DNA from: Idiomarina loihiensis L2TR
Lineage (GTDB): Bacteria; Pseudomonadota; Gammaproteobacteria; Enterobacterales; Alteromonadaceae
DNA: 32,000 nt
Assembly: GCF_000008465.1 (NCBI RefSeq)
Contig: NC_006512.1
Location: 1,710,001-1,742,000 of the forward strand
Direction: 5' to 3'
Part shown: piece by piece, positions 10,321 through 18,647 of the stretch
Numbering within the stretch: position 1 is the stretch's first letter
Layout: every line of letters begins with the position of its first letter
Notes under the pieces: generated by a model
Seen by the model: only the letters and a program-made list of their open reading frames with translations
What the model was told of the DNA's origin: nothing
The model's database searches: none
Translations under genes and position numbers: made by a program

Positions 10321-10348
10321 GGCTACTTTCAGCCAAGTGAAAGTAGCC
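10321..10348. terminator. Bidirectional hairpin between convergent rrf2 and hydrolase genes
   Basis: GGCTACTTTCA-gccaag-TGAAAGTAGCC forms an 11-bp perfect stem. There is no strong T tract on either side. Confidence 0.45.
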
Positions 10349-10375
10349 AACCAAGCTTGATCTACTTTTAAAAAA

Positions 10376-11323
10376 TTATAATTTCAGATTCTTGTCCAGA
10401 AACTGTTTTATAACGGGAATAATGACAGAGTGATGTGTTTCAAGCGCGAAGTGCCCAGTATCATACAGGTGGATTTCGGCATCAGGAATATCCCGTTTCC
10501 AGGCTTTAGCACCCTCTTGTAAGAAAAACGGGTCATTTTTCCCCCAGACAGCAAGAAGTGGTGGCTGATGCTTTCTAAAGTACGCCTGATATTCTGGGTA
10601 TTGCTCTACATTAGAAGCATAGTCGAGCAGCAAATCGAGTTGAATATCCGCCATGCCAGGTTTAGATATGTGAAAACCTTCAAGTGTGTATCCATCCGGA
10701 GAAACCTTACTTAAGTCAGATACCCCTTCTTCATATTGCCACTTAATGGACTCGGGTGTAGGGAAATCGCTCAAAGCCTCCCGGTTCTCCTGCGTTGGGT
10801 TATTCCAATATTTTTTTATTGGTTTCCACCCATCAGCGAGGCCCTCTTCGTATGCATTACCGTTTTGAGAAACAATAGCAGTGATTTTTTCTGGATTATC
10901 AACAGCCAGCCTCCAGCCAACAGGTGCTCCATAATCATGCACTGCTAAAGCAAATTTCGTTAACTCCTTTTGCTCAATGAACTTTTCTACGGTTTCAGTT
11001 AAATTTGCAAATGTGTAACTGTATTCATCATCACCCGATACCTCTGTAAAGCCAAAGGCTGGTAAATCTAGTGCTACTACATGGTAATCATCGGCAAGCG
11101 CGTCTATAACGTCACGCCACATAAATGACGAAGCTGCAAACCCATGAAGCATCAATACTGTGGGATCATTTTCGTTACCCGCTTCGCGATAAAAGACTCT
11201 CACGTTATCTACCTGCTCATACTTAAAGGCTACCTCACTGGGTACTTTTACAACCTCACCGCCGGAAGCTCCGGCGGTTAAACTTGCAGCTAAAACTGTT
11301 GCAGGAATGGACTTCTTATTCAT
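10376..11323 (-). CDS. Secreted alpha/beta-fold hydrolase (epoxide hydrolase / haloalkane dehalogenase-like)
   Basis: Signal-peptide-like N-terminus (MNKKSIPATVLAASLTAGASG). Oxyanion-hole region LMLHGFAASSFMW. Asp-nucleophile elbow VHDYGAP. C-terminal HLYDTGHFALETH. Confidence 0.8.
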   Translation of the reverse strand: MNKKSIPATVLAASLTAGASGGEVVKVPSEVAFKYEQVDNVRVFYREAGNENDPTVLMLHGFAASSFMWRDVIDALADDYHVVALDLPAFGFTEVSGDDEYSYTFANLTETVEKFIEQKELTKFALAVHDYGAPVGWRLAVDNPEKITAIVSQNGNAYEEGLADGWKPIKKYWNNPTQENREALSDFPTPESIKWQYEEGVSDLSKVSPDGYTLEGFHISKPGMADIQLDLLLDYASNVEQYPEYQAYFRKHQPPLLAVWGKNDPFFLQEGAKAWKRDIPDAEIHLYDTGHFALETHHSVIIPVIKQFLDKNLKL

Positions 11324-11424
11324 AAAACCTCCGTAACCATTAAAATACCACTTTGAAGGTTACGCAATGAAGTGATAACCTGTCAAATATAATTTTAAAG
11401 GTTACTATTCCGAGGTAGTTATTT

Positions 11425-12012
11425 ATGGAGTCAGAGCAGTTTATATTTGTGGCTAACAATTTAGCTCTGGATTTTGTAAACACTGAGGTTGGGGTCGGCG
11501 AGCAATATTCAGACAAACTTGAAAGCGCAGAAAACGTACTTGAATGGCTTCATGCCGCTAGCCTCATCAGCGCAAAGCAGCCTGAAGCTTTACCTAATTT
11601 GTTACCTCTGGCGAAAGAGCTTCGCGCTGAAATGAACCAGACAATAGCTCACGCTAAAAAAGGAATAGGTTATGAAACGAAGTGCGCCAACTCTATTCTG
11701 AAAAAGGGGTCACCCTACCCACAGATAGCCTGGCAGGAAAATGAGAAAAAGTTTGTCATTAACTACCACCACGCAACACTCACGGTCGAAGCACTTTTGC
11801 AGCCAGTAGCTCATGCGTTTCTTCATTTGCTAACTGAGTTGGATTTCAGTTTAGTTAAACAGTGCGAGGCAGATGATTGCGTACTGATGTTTCATGACCA
11901 AACCAAGTCTCACAGACGGCGGTGGTGCAGCATGGCATTGTGTGGAAATCGCATGAAAGCGGCTGCTCATAGAAAAAGAAACCGAAGCGAAAATAAAAAA
12001 CGCGAGTACTAG
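11425..12012 (+). CDS. CGNR zinc-finger (ABATE domain) putative regulator
   Basis: The C-terminal CEADDCVLMFHDQTKSHRRRWCSMALCGNRMKAAAHRKR contains the diagnostic RRWCSM..CGNR motif. Confidence 0.8.
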   Translation: MESEQFIFVANNLALDFVNTEVGVGEQYSDKLESAENVLEWLHAASLISAKQPEALPNLLPLAKELRAEMNQTIAHAKKGIGYETKCANSILKKGSPYPQIAWQENEKKFVINYHHATLTVEALLQPVAHAFLHLLTELDFSLVKQCEADDCVLMFHDQTKSHRRRWCSMALCGNRMKAAAHRKRNRSENKKREY

Positions 12013-12137
12013 TGACATTAGTATGGCACGAAATAAAATTCGCGCTTCAGTTTAGTTTGCTTAAAAATTAAGGTATCTAGGGGTACGGATTTCAATCCTT
12101 AGCCCTGGATACACAACAACCCTAAGTTGTTCGTTAA

Positions 12138-13313
12138 TTAAAGTACATTTTTACGCACGCTGATGAATTGTAATAATGCCCCTATTGCCGCGATGAGCGC
12201 AGCACCAGCAGGTAACGACCATATCGGCGGATTGAATGTTAAAGCCAGACCACCTACCGCAGCTCCGATAGCACTTCCTAGATACAAAGCTGATTCATTG
12301 AGGGCAACAGCGAGATTACCATCACCTTGTGATCCCCTAACGTGGAGCAACTGATTATTCTGTGGCACCTGCAAAGCCCAGCCGACAGCTCCCCAGATCA
12401 AGATTGGAACCATTGCCAACCATACACTCCAGAATGCAATTAACGGTAACACCGCTAGAGACAGAGCAAGGGTTAACATAATAAATAGAGTCATCCGAGG
12501 CCCTTTAATACGATCAGCCATGGGCCCTACCAGAAAACTTCCAGCAACACCACCGATACCCCACACCCAAAGAAAAGGAGTAATTGATTCCACCCCGCCG
12601 TACTCCGGAGCCGACATTAGAGGAACTAAAAAGGTGTACATTCCGAGACTGGCTATAGCTGCAAGTAATGATACGGACAGAATAACGGTTACCTGACCAT
12701 CGACCAACACAGAAAGTTTCCGACGCAAAGGGATAAATTCAGCTCCGGATAAAACTGGCAGGCGCCAAAAAAGTCCAGTAAGCGAAATTCCCCCCAACAG
12801 TGTTACCAACCAAAATGCGGATGACCAACCTAATTGCTCTGCGAGAATAAGCCCGATAGGAACACCCAGAACGGTTCCCGCAGCCATCCCTCCCATAATC
12901 ACCGCTATAGCTTTACCCCGTCCGGCAGGCGACAATGTTGCTGCGGCTGAAATCCCTACAGCAAGGTAAACACCCGAGCCAACTCCTGCTAACGCCCTAA
13001 ATATAAGCAGCCACAAAAAGTCAGTCGACAATGCACTGGCGGCGTTCGAGATTACAAACAAGCCAAGGGCCGCCAATAGCCCATTTCGCTGTCGGTTCCC
13101 GGGCAATAAAGCAACAACAACTGGCGAGCCTATCCCGTAAGCGAGAGTGAAAGCTGTTACAAGCTGTGCAGCGACACCAGTAGATACACTAAACGCCTGC
13201 TCAATCATTGGAATAAGTCCCGCTGTAACGTAGGAAGCCATACCAAGCGCAAAAGCGCCTAATGCAATTAAGTAAACAGTGGGCGACACTGAGGATGTAC
13301 TTTTGAAACTCAT
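12138..13313 (-). CDS. MFS transporter (DHA1-like efflux type)
   Basis: 391 aa and uniformly hydrophobic, with about 12 predicted helices. Glycine-rich MFS loop motifs are present (e.g. LPGNRQRNGLL). Confidence 0.85.
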   Translation of the reverse strand: MSFKSTSSVSPTVYLIALGAFALGMASYVTAGLIPMIEQAFSVSTGVAAQLVTAFTLAYGIGSPVVVALLPGNRQRNGLLAALGLFVISNAASALSTDFLWLLIFRALAGVGSGVYLAVGISAAATLSPAGRGKAIAVIMGGMAAGTVLGVPIGLILAEQLGWSSAFWLVTLLGGISLTGLFWRLPVLSGAEFIPLRRKLSVLVDGQVTVILSVSLLAAIASLGMYTFLVPLMSAPEYGGVESITPFLWVWGIGGVAGSFLVGPMADRIKGPRMTLFIMLTLALSLAVLPLIAFWSVWLAMVPILIWGAVGWALQVPQNNQLLHVRGSQGDGNLAVALNESALYLGSAIGAAVGGLALTFNPPIWSLPAGAALIAAIGALLQFISVRKNVL

Positions 13314-13411
13314 GGTAGATTCTCCGGTGAAGAAAAATGAGCATTCTACGAGCCGGTTTAAAGTGTTACAATTTAACTATTTATACTATTACTAAAAGCA
13401 ACAGGAATGTG

Positions 13412-14239
13412 ATGAGTAAACTAGAACGCAAGCGTCACGAACTTGCTACTTTCCTAAAATCACGGAGGGAGCGCCTATCTCCAACGCAAGTCGGTCTTCC
13501 CTGTGGAGGCCGTCGACGTACACCAGGGTTGCGGCGCGAAGAAGTTGCAGCGCTCTCGGGCGTAGGGCTGACTTGGTATACATGGCTTGAACAAGGGCGC
13601 GATATTAGTGCCTCCTCCTCTTTTCTCGATAATCTGGCACGAGCACTAAAACTGGATGCCGCTGAACGCAGGCACCTATTTTTGCTAGCCCATGGCCGAC
13701 TACCGCCAGAACCGGGCAAGACCTTTTGTGAAGTTCCGCCTTTGATATTGAGGCTGATGAGAGATCTCTCACCTCACGCAGCCTATGTGCTCAACCTAAG
13801 ATGGGACGTACTGGCCTTCAACAAGCAGGCGGATCTGCTTTTTGGCTTCAATCGTCACCCTCCGGGGCAACGCAACCTACTCTGGATGCTGTTCACGGAT
13901 ACCGTTCTCCGCGAGCGACTAGTAGATTGGGACAGTCAAGCCGTTCAAATGTTATCCAGCTTCAGACGCGATTACGCTCACGCAACGCAAGAAGCAGATA
14001 TTCAGGCTCTGGTTACCAATTTACAAAAGGCTTCTCCTGACTTCAGCCAATGGTGGAATCGCCACGATGTCGACGCCCCATGTCAGGGCGTCAGGGATAT
14101 GAAAATAGAAAATGAAACCGTGTCATTCGAGCACACTTCGATGACTGTCGATGCTGATCGCCATTTGCGATTGGTTGTTTATGCGCGGGGCTCGGCACAA
14201 GGAATAGCAATCAACGACCAGTTCTCCGCAACCTCTTGA
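13412..14239 (+). CDS. MmyB-like helix-turn-helix (XRE-type) transcriptional regulator
   Basis: The track ORF is trimmed to the ATG at 13412 (AGGA 5 nt upstream), which removes the overlap with the MFS gene. LATFLKSRRERLSPTQVGLP..GRRRTPGLRREEVAALSGVGLTWYTWLEQGR is the MmyB-family N-terminal signature. Confidence 0.75.
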   Translation: MSKLERKRHELATFLKSRRERLSPTQVGLPCGGRRRTPGLRREEVAALSGVGLTWYTWLEQGRDISASSSFLDNLARALKLDAAERRHLFLLAHGRLPPEPGKTFCEVPPLILRLMRDLSPHAAYVLNLRWDVLAFNKQADLLFGFNRHPPGQRNLLWMLFTDTVLRERLVDWDSQAVQMLSSFRRDYAHATQEADIQALVTNLQKASPDFSQWWNRHDVDAPCQGVRDMKIENETVSFEHTSMTVDADRHLRLVVYARGSAQGIAINDQFSATS

Positions 14240-15045
14240 GCTGTTGAGGCCTTAGTCGCTCGAAGATTTCTAGGATAGTCGATATCTTTGGCCTCCATGG
14301 CTTTAGTCGCATGAAACTGGCCATTCGCGGCGCGAAGTATCCATCCACCTTCATAGCATTCCTTGGATGCTAGATACGCGACCCCTGGCGCCACATCGGC
14401 TGGGCGTAGTTCGTCAGGTTCTCCCTCTATACCCCACATACGTGTTTTGGCGACTGGAGAAACCGCATTAACGATAATGCCGTCCTTTTCACCTTCAGAA
14501 GCAAGGACATTCATCAGCCCCACTACAGCCATTTTGGCCGCTGCGTATGACGCAAGGCCATTCTGAACGTATTGCGGATAGAGAGCCCGGCAAGAGGTCG
14601 TCACAACGATCCGACCATATCCTGCGCCTTTCATTGAGGGCCACGCCGTCTGTGCGAGCCATAGAGGAGCCTTGGCCGAAATAGCCATCATATGATCAAA
14701 AGAACTTTCCTCTATCAACTCAATATTTTCATAAGCAACCCAACCCGCGTTATGGATCAAAGCATCTAGTCGTCCGCCAATTTTCAAAGCGTCCTTACAA
14801 AGTTTATGGCAGCCTTCACGCGATCCTATTTCTCCGAGGAGTGCTTGTGCATTCAACCCTTCCAATCTCAGCTTTTCTGCCGCAGCCTCTGCGACATTTG
14901 GATCAGCTCCATTGCCGTCGGAGTCGGCCCCGATATCCTGGATCAGAACCATCGCACCAAGCTGAGCGATGGTTCTGGCATAAGAGAAACCAAGCCCTTG
15001 GCCAGCTCCGGTTATTAATACTACTTGATCATTGAAATCTACCAT
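14179..15045 (-). CDS. SDR family oxidoreductase
   Basis: VVLITGAGQGLG (TGxxxGxG) and the catalytic SYAAAK (YxxxK). The start is set at the ATG at 15045, preceded by GGGAACGAG. The track's GTG at 15063 is less likely. Confidence 0.85.
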   Translation of the reverse strand: MVDFNDQVVLITGAGQGLGFSYARTIAQLGAMVLIQDIGADSDGNGADPNVAEAAAEKLRLEGLNAQALLGEIGSREGCHKLCKDALKIGGRLDALIHNAGWVAYENIELIEESSFDHMMAISAKAPLWLAQTAWPSMKGAGYGRIVVTTSCRALYPQYVQNGLASYAAAKMAVVGLMNVLASEGEKDGIIVNAVSPVAKTRMWGIEGEPDELRPADVAPGVAYLASKECYEGGWILRAANGQFHATKAMEAKDIDYPRNLRATKASTAQEVAENWSLIAIPCAEPRA

Positions 15046-15187
15046 CTCGTTCCCTTCGTTCACGAATGTGATTGAGGAAATAGAATAAAATTGATCTAAC
15101 GATATAAAAAATACTATTTTTAATTACAGATAATATATTTAGAGTATTAAAAATATGATGTTCAAATGAATCTTCGTGAGGACAAGA

Positions 15188-16105
15188 ATGGCGATAAGTA
15201 CCAGAACACGGATTACTTTACGTGCAATGGAGCAATTTATTGCAGTAGCAGAAGAATTACACTTTCACCGTGCTGCAGAACGACTGAATATGTCACAGCC
15301 TCCTCTTACCAGTGCTATACGTAAGCTGGAGGATGATATTGGTGTTACATTGATTGAGCGAGGGAAACGCGTACTTGGATTAACTCCTGCGGGAAAGAAC
15401 TTTATTGATGAAGCACGTGAAACTCTTAGGCAAGCAGAACAAGTCGTCACGGCCACACAAGATGCAGCTGCCGGACGAACAGGTTTAGTGCGTCTGGGTT
15501 ATGTGGGAAGCTCACTTTATGGGAGATTACCTGATGTCATTCGTGATTTTCGGCAGAGTCATCCGGACGTACGTCTTGAGCTGAAAGAGGCAACTACCGC
15601 AGCGCAGGTCGCAGCACTACGCAATAACGCATTAGATGTTGGCATTTTGATTCCACCTCTTGTGAATGCTGAAGATATTGAACAGATACCATTTGACTCC
15701 GATCGCTTGTGCTTAGCTATTCCGAAAGAGCATCCCCTCAATAAACGGTCAAATTTGACACTGACTGACCTTTCAGAAGAGCCTTTCATATTATGGCCAA
15801 TGGTTGAGGGGCGCGGCTTTCATTTACAGGTTATTCGACTATGTGCAAACGTTGGTTTTGTGCCGACGGTTACTCAGGAGGCTCACGGGATGCACGCGGT
15901 ACTGTCGTTAGTGTCTGTTGGAGCAGGAGTATCCGTGGTCCCTCAAAGTATGAGTGGCTTTCGAGGAGACCAGATAAGCTATCATCCATTAACGGGTTCT
16001 GAACCCGAATTCGATTTGACCCTAAGTCACCGCCACTTATCGCCATCAGCAAAGGCATTCGTCCGCTCTATTGGAGTAAGAAGCGTACGTTCAGGGCAAC
16101 CTTAA
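15188..16105 (+). CDS. LysR family transcriptional regulator
   Basis: LysR HTH region (FIAVAEELHFHRAAERLNMSQPPLTSAIRKLEDDIG) plus a substrate-binding domain. ATG at 15188 with GAGG 6 nt upstream. Confidence 0.85.
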   Translation: MAISTRTRITLRAMEQFIAVAEELHFHRAAERLNMSQPPLTSAIRKLEDDIGVTLIERGKRVLGLTPAGKNFIDEARETLRQAEQVVTATQDAAAGRTGLVRLGYVGSSLYGRLPDVIRDFRQSHPDVRLELKEATTAAQVAALRNNALDVGILIPPLVNAEDIEQIPFDSDRLCLAIPKEHPLNKRSNLTLTDLSEEPFILWPMVEGRGFHLQVIRLCANVGFVPTVTQEAHGMHAVLSLVSVGAGVSVVPQSMSGFRGDQISYHPLTGSEPEFDLTLSHRHLSPSAKAFVRSIGVRSVRSGQP

Positions 16106-16150
16106 TGCGGCTAAGGAAGCCCGGAAGATAGTGGAAGGTACTTTGGAAGA

Positions 16151-16873
16151 TTAAGGGGTTATGCCTAAATCAGAACCAACGCTATCACTCTTCAACAATG
16201 AGTCCGTAGTTGAAAGACTAAGTTCTGATGCAAGACATTCTGCCCGGTCTTTTGCGTTGGCTACCGACACACGGTGTCTATCATCACCAAACTCTTGGTA
16301 TTCAGAGACTATTTCATACATTGTATCCACGCCTAAATATTTGCTCAGTGTTCGTAGGTGTGGTGCCAGGTGACCAGAACCTTCTCTTACTCCTCCCTTT
16401 TCAAAACCAAACTCGCCGCTGGAAGTCACTGTTATCAATGTCTTACCTGAAAGTATAGGCTGCAAAGGAAAATCCCCTCGTGAAAGATCAAAATCAAAGG
16501 TTTTGTTTATCCGCACAATTTGATCAAACCAAGCTTTTAGCTGCGCCGGCATTCCGTAGTTATACATGGGTGATGAAATTACGATAACGTCGGCTGCTGA
16601 CACTTCATCTATCAGTTTATCTGATAACGCCAGTCTCTCTTTCTGCTCTGGAGTCCTTTTATCATCGGGGGTAAACACCGCACCAACCCAATCCTGATTA
16701 ATAAAATCCGGCGGGTTCACTCCAACATCACGATAAATATACTCATCTTGAGGCCGATGCTGTTTCCATGTCTCAATAAATCGTAGAGCGATACTCTTCG
16801 ATATAGAATTGTGGTCTGGATTCGTGTTGCTTACGGCTCTCACGCTTGAATCTATATGTAATAACGTGCTCAT
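16151..16873 (-). CDS. azoR: FMN-dependent NADH-azoreductase / flavodoxin-like quinone reductase
   Basis: MSTLLHIDSSVR... and IVISSPMYNYGMPAQLKAWFDQIVR are AzoR/AcpD signatures. The track ORF (to 17113) is trimmed to the ATG at 16873, with AAGG 8 nt upstream; the ATG at 16879 is an alternative. There is a C-terminal extension relative to the AzoR length I recall. Confidence 0.8.
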   Translation of the reverse strand: MSTLLHIDSSVRAVSNTNPDHNSISKSIALRFIETWKQHRPQDEYIYRDVGVNPPDFINQDWVGAVFTPDDKRTPEQKERLALSDKLIDEVSAADVIVISSPMYNYGMPAQLKAWFDQIVRINKTFDFDLSRGDFPLQPILSGKTLITVTSSGEFGFEKGGVREGSGHLAPHLRTLSKYLGVDTMYEIVSEYQEFGDDRHRVSVANAKDRAECLASELSLSTTDSLLKSDSVGSDLGITP

Positions 16874-16951
16874 GTTCATTACCTTAGTTGCTGAATAACA
16901 GGAGCTATTTTGTGAGTCTGAGCAGAGTAAGACAAACGAGAAAAATACATT

Positions 16952-16976
16952 TATAGATGAATTTAACTCATCTATA
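16952..16976. promoter_or_regulatory. Perfect 9-bp inverted repeat in the azoR/lysR divergent region (candidate LysR-type binding site)
   Basis: TATAGATGA-atttaac-TCATCTATA. It lies 12 bp upstream of the LysR start and about 80 bp upstream of azoR. It contains a T-N11-A-compatible core. Confidence 0.5.
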
Positions 16977-16988
16977 CTATTTACTAAG

Positions 16989-17864
16989 TTGATTACTGGC
17001 CAGGGGATAACATTGCAGGTTTCGCTACAAGCACTTAAAGCCTTTGAAGCGGCAGCCCGTCGGGGAAGTTTCAAGTTGGCTGCAGAAGAGCTTTCGCTGA
17101 CACCAACAGCCATCTCTCACCACATTAGCAATCTGGAAGGTCGGTTAAATGTAAACTTGTTTCACCGACAAGGAAGGCGAATAGCGTTAACCGGGGCTGG
17201 TAGAAGATTAGCTGAAGCGACCTCTGACGGATTCCGGAAAATTGAAAATTCTCTGGAAGAGCTGCTAACCGCCGGCAATACAGTTAGAGTAACAACAACA
17301 TCATCATTAGCTGCTATGGTGCTTATTCCTTCGCAGAATGAATTTGAGCAAATCAACCCTGGTATTTCTGTCGAAATATCTACCGGTGAGTCGGTCGACA
17401 ATCAGTCCTACATTATTCCAATTCGTTTTGGTGATTCTACAGCCATTGAGCCGTCAGATGTCATTAAATCCGAATCCTTCAATGTTTTCGGTGCTTCTGG
17501 AATGAAGCCCCCTTCCTGGTCAAATGAGCCCATTACCCTTTTTACCACTGAATGGAAAAATAAAGCGTTACCAGACTCGCCTTTAGAGGCCTGGTTAGCA
17601 ATGAATGGACTGGAAGGGTCGAATATTAAACTCAAAAAATTTGACCAGGAGCTGTTCGGGATCCAGCAGGCTATGGCAGAAAATGGACTGGTATTCTGCT
17701 CTACGACGCTTACAAAACGGTTGCTAAACGCTAACCTTCTCCAGCAATTTAAAACCCAGCCGGTAGAATCTGATTTGTGCTATTACGTACCAAATAAAAG
17801 AAGCTTCGAAACCAGAAGTGCCGTTCCGTTTTTAGATTGGATTGAGGGGCTTTTAAGCCCTTAA
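16989..17864 (+). CDS. LysR family transcriptional regulator
   Basis: HTH region (LKAFEAAARRGSFKLAAEELSLTPTAISHHISNLE). No ATG precedes the HTH, so a TTG start at 16989 (or the in-frame TTG about 24 nt downstream) must be used. Confidence 0.8.
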   Translation: MITGQGITLQVSLQALKAFEAAARRGSFKLAAEELSLTPTAISHHISNLEGRLNVNLFHRQGRRIALTGAGRRLAEATSDGFRKIENSLEELLTAGNTVRVTTTSSLAAMVLIPSQNEFEQINPGISVEISTGESVDNQSYIIPIRFGDSTAIEPSDVIKSESFNVFGASGMKPPSWSNEPITLFTTEWKNKALPDSPLEAWLAMNGLEGSNIKLKKFDQELFGIQQAMAENGLVFCSTTLTKRLLNANLLQQFKTQPVESDLCYYVPNKRSFETRSAVPFLDWIEGLLSP

Positions 17865-18043
17865 CCCATAATGCAAAGGAGCACGTAGCAATAAAAAACG
17901 ACAGAAACGACACGAAAATTATTCAGAAACTTAACTGTGTGGAATTTTATATGACTCTCGGCAACTCCAATTCGCTCGCTGAGAACTCAGTTGATATACT
18001 GAAAAACTAATCCGATAAATCTAAAACGTGGACGCTACTCAAA

Positions 18044-18604
18044 ATGAATAGCTTTGTGGTCATCGCAACATTTTTTACCGCATTAACAGCAGCCATTTCA
18101 TGCGCGGTAGCCTGGCGCCAGCATGCATGGAATAAAAGAAACTACTTAGCAAGTGTGAAACCCTATTTATCAGACTTCCTTGATGAAAAAACAAACCCGC
18201 TAATATTTTCCTACACGCTTACCAATAAAGGGTTGGGCCCTGCTTTAATTCAAAGCTTCGAGATGACTTGGGATGGAAAAGCCATAACGATGAAAGAGCT
18301 TCAATCCAAACTAGAGGAAAAGCTCGGTAAAAGATTCGGCGTACAAGTTGGTGAGTTTTCTGAACACTTTGCTATAGCAGCAAATGAGAGCTTTTTAGTA
18401 ATCAGTTTCTGGCAGTTAGAAGATGACAAAAATCTACAATTTTTGGTCTCGCCGGATAGCATAAAAGAAGTAAGACAAGATTTGCTCAAGTTCTGCCGCT
18501 TAAAAGTTAGCTATAAGTCTTTCCTATCAAATGAAGTACAAGTCTTTGAAACAACTTTGCTTGAAAGCCTGGCTGACGAAGTGAAGAAAAACAGTGCCGC
18601 ATAA
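18044..18604 (+). CDS. Hypothetical single-pass membrane protein (no recognisable domain)
   Basis: 186 aa. N-terminal hydrophobic helix (FVVIATFFTALTAAISCAVAW) followed by a soluble region. It lies 43 bp upstream of the helicase gene with no intervening hairpin. Translation signals are weak. Confidence 0.55.
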   Translation: MNSFVVIATFFTALTAAISCAVAWRQHAWNKRNYLASVKPYLSDFLDEKTNPLIFSYTLTNKGLGPALIQSFEMTWDGKAITMKELQSKLEEKLGKRFGVQVGEFSEHFAIAANESFLVISFWQLEDDKNLQFLVSPDSIKEVRQDLLKFCRLKVSYKSFLSNEVQVFETTLLESLADEVKKNSAA

Positions 18605-18647
18605 ATAATGTCAGTGCCGATCCATACATTTTTCATCACAACACGGA

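Noticed and set aside
12060-12115. tRNA-like-looking stretch (ggggtacggatttcaatccttagccctgg) between the CGNR and MFS genes.
   Set aside because: It cannot be folded into a T-arm with a 5-bp stem and 7-nt loop. There is no acceptor strand or CCA context. It is at most a weak imperfect hairpin.
13337-13411. Upstream extension of the MmyB-like regulator ORF (MSILRAGLKCYNLTIYTITKSNRNV).
   Set aside because: It has an AT-rich, promoter-like composition. A good AGGA ribosome-binding site precedes the ATG at 13412, where family homology begins.
14179-14239. 61-bp tail-to-tail overlap of the MmyB-like regulator and the SDR gene.
   Set aside because: Both stops are fixed by the sequence and both C-terminal tails are non-conserved-looking. 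It is probably a harmless convergent overlap, or one tail is a read-through extension. I see no evidence of function, so I noted it but did not raise it to a finding.
16874-17113. 80-codon N-terminal extension of the azoreductase ORF, which overlaps the start of the divergent LysR gene.
   Set aside because: AzoR-family homology starts at MSTLLHIDSS. A ribosome-binding site precedes that Met. The extension would run through the regulatory dyad and into lysR on the opposite strand.
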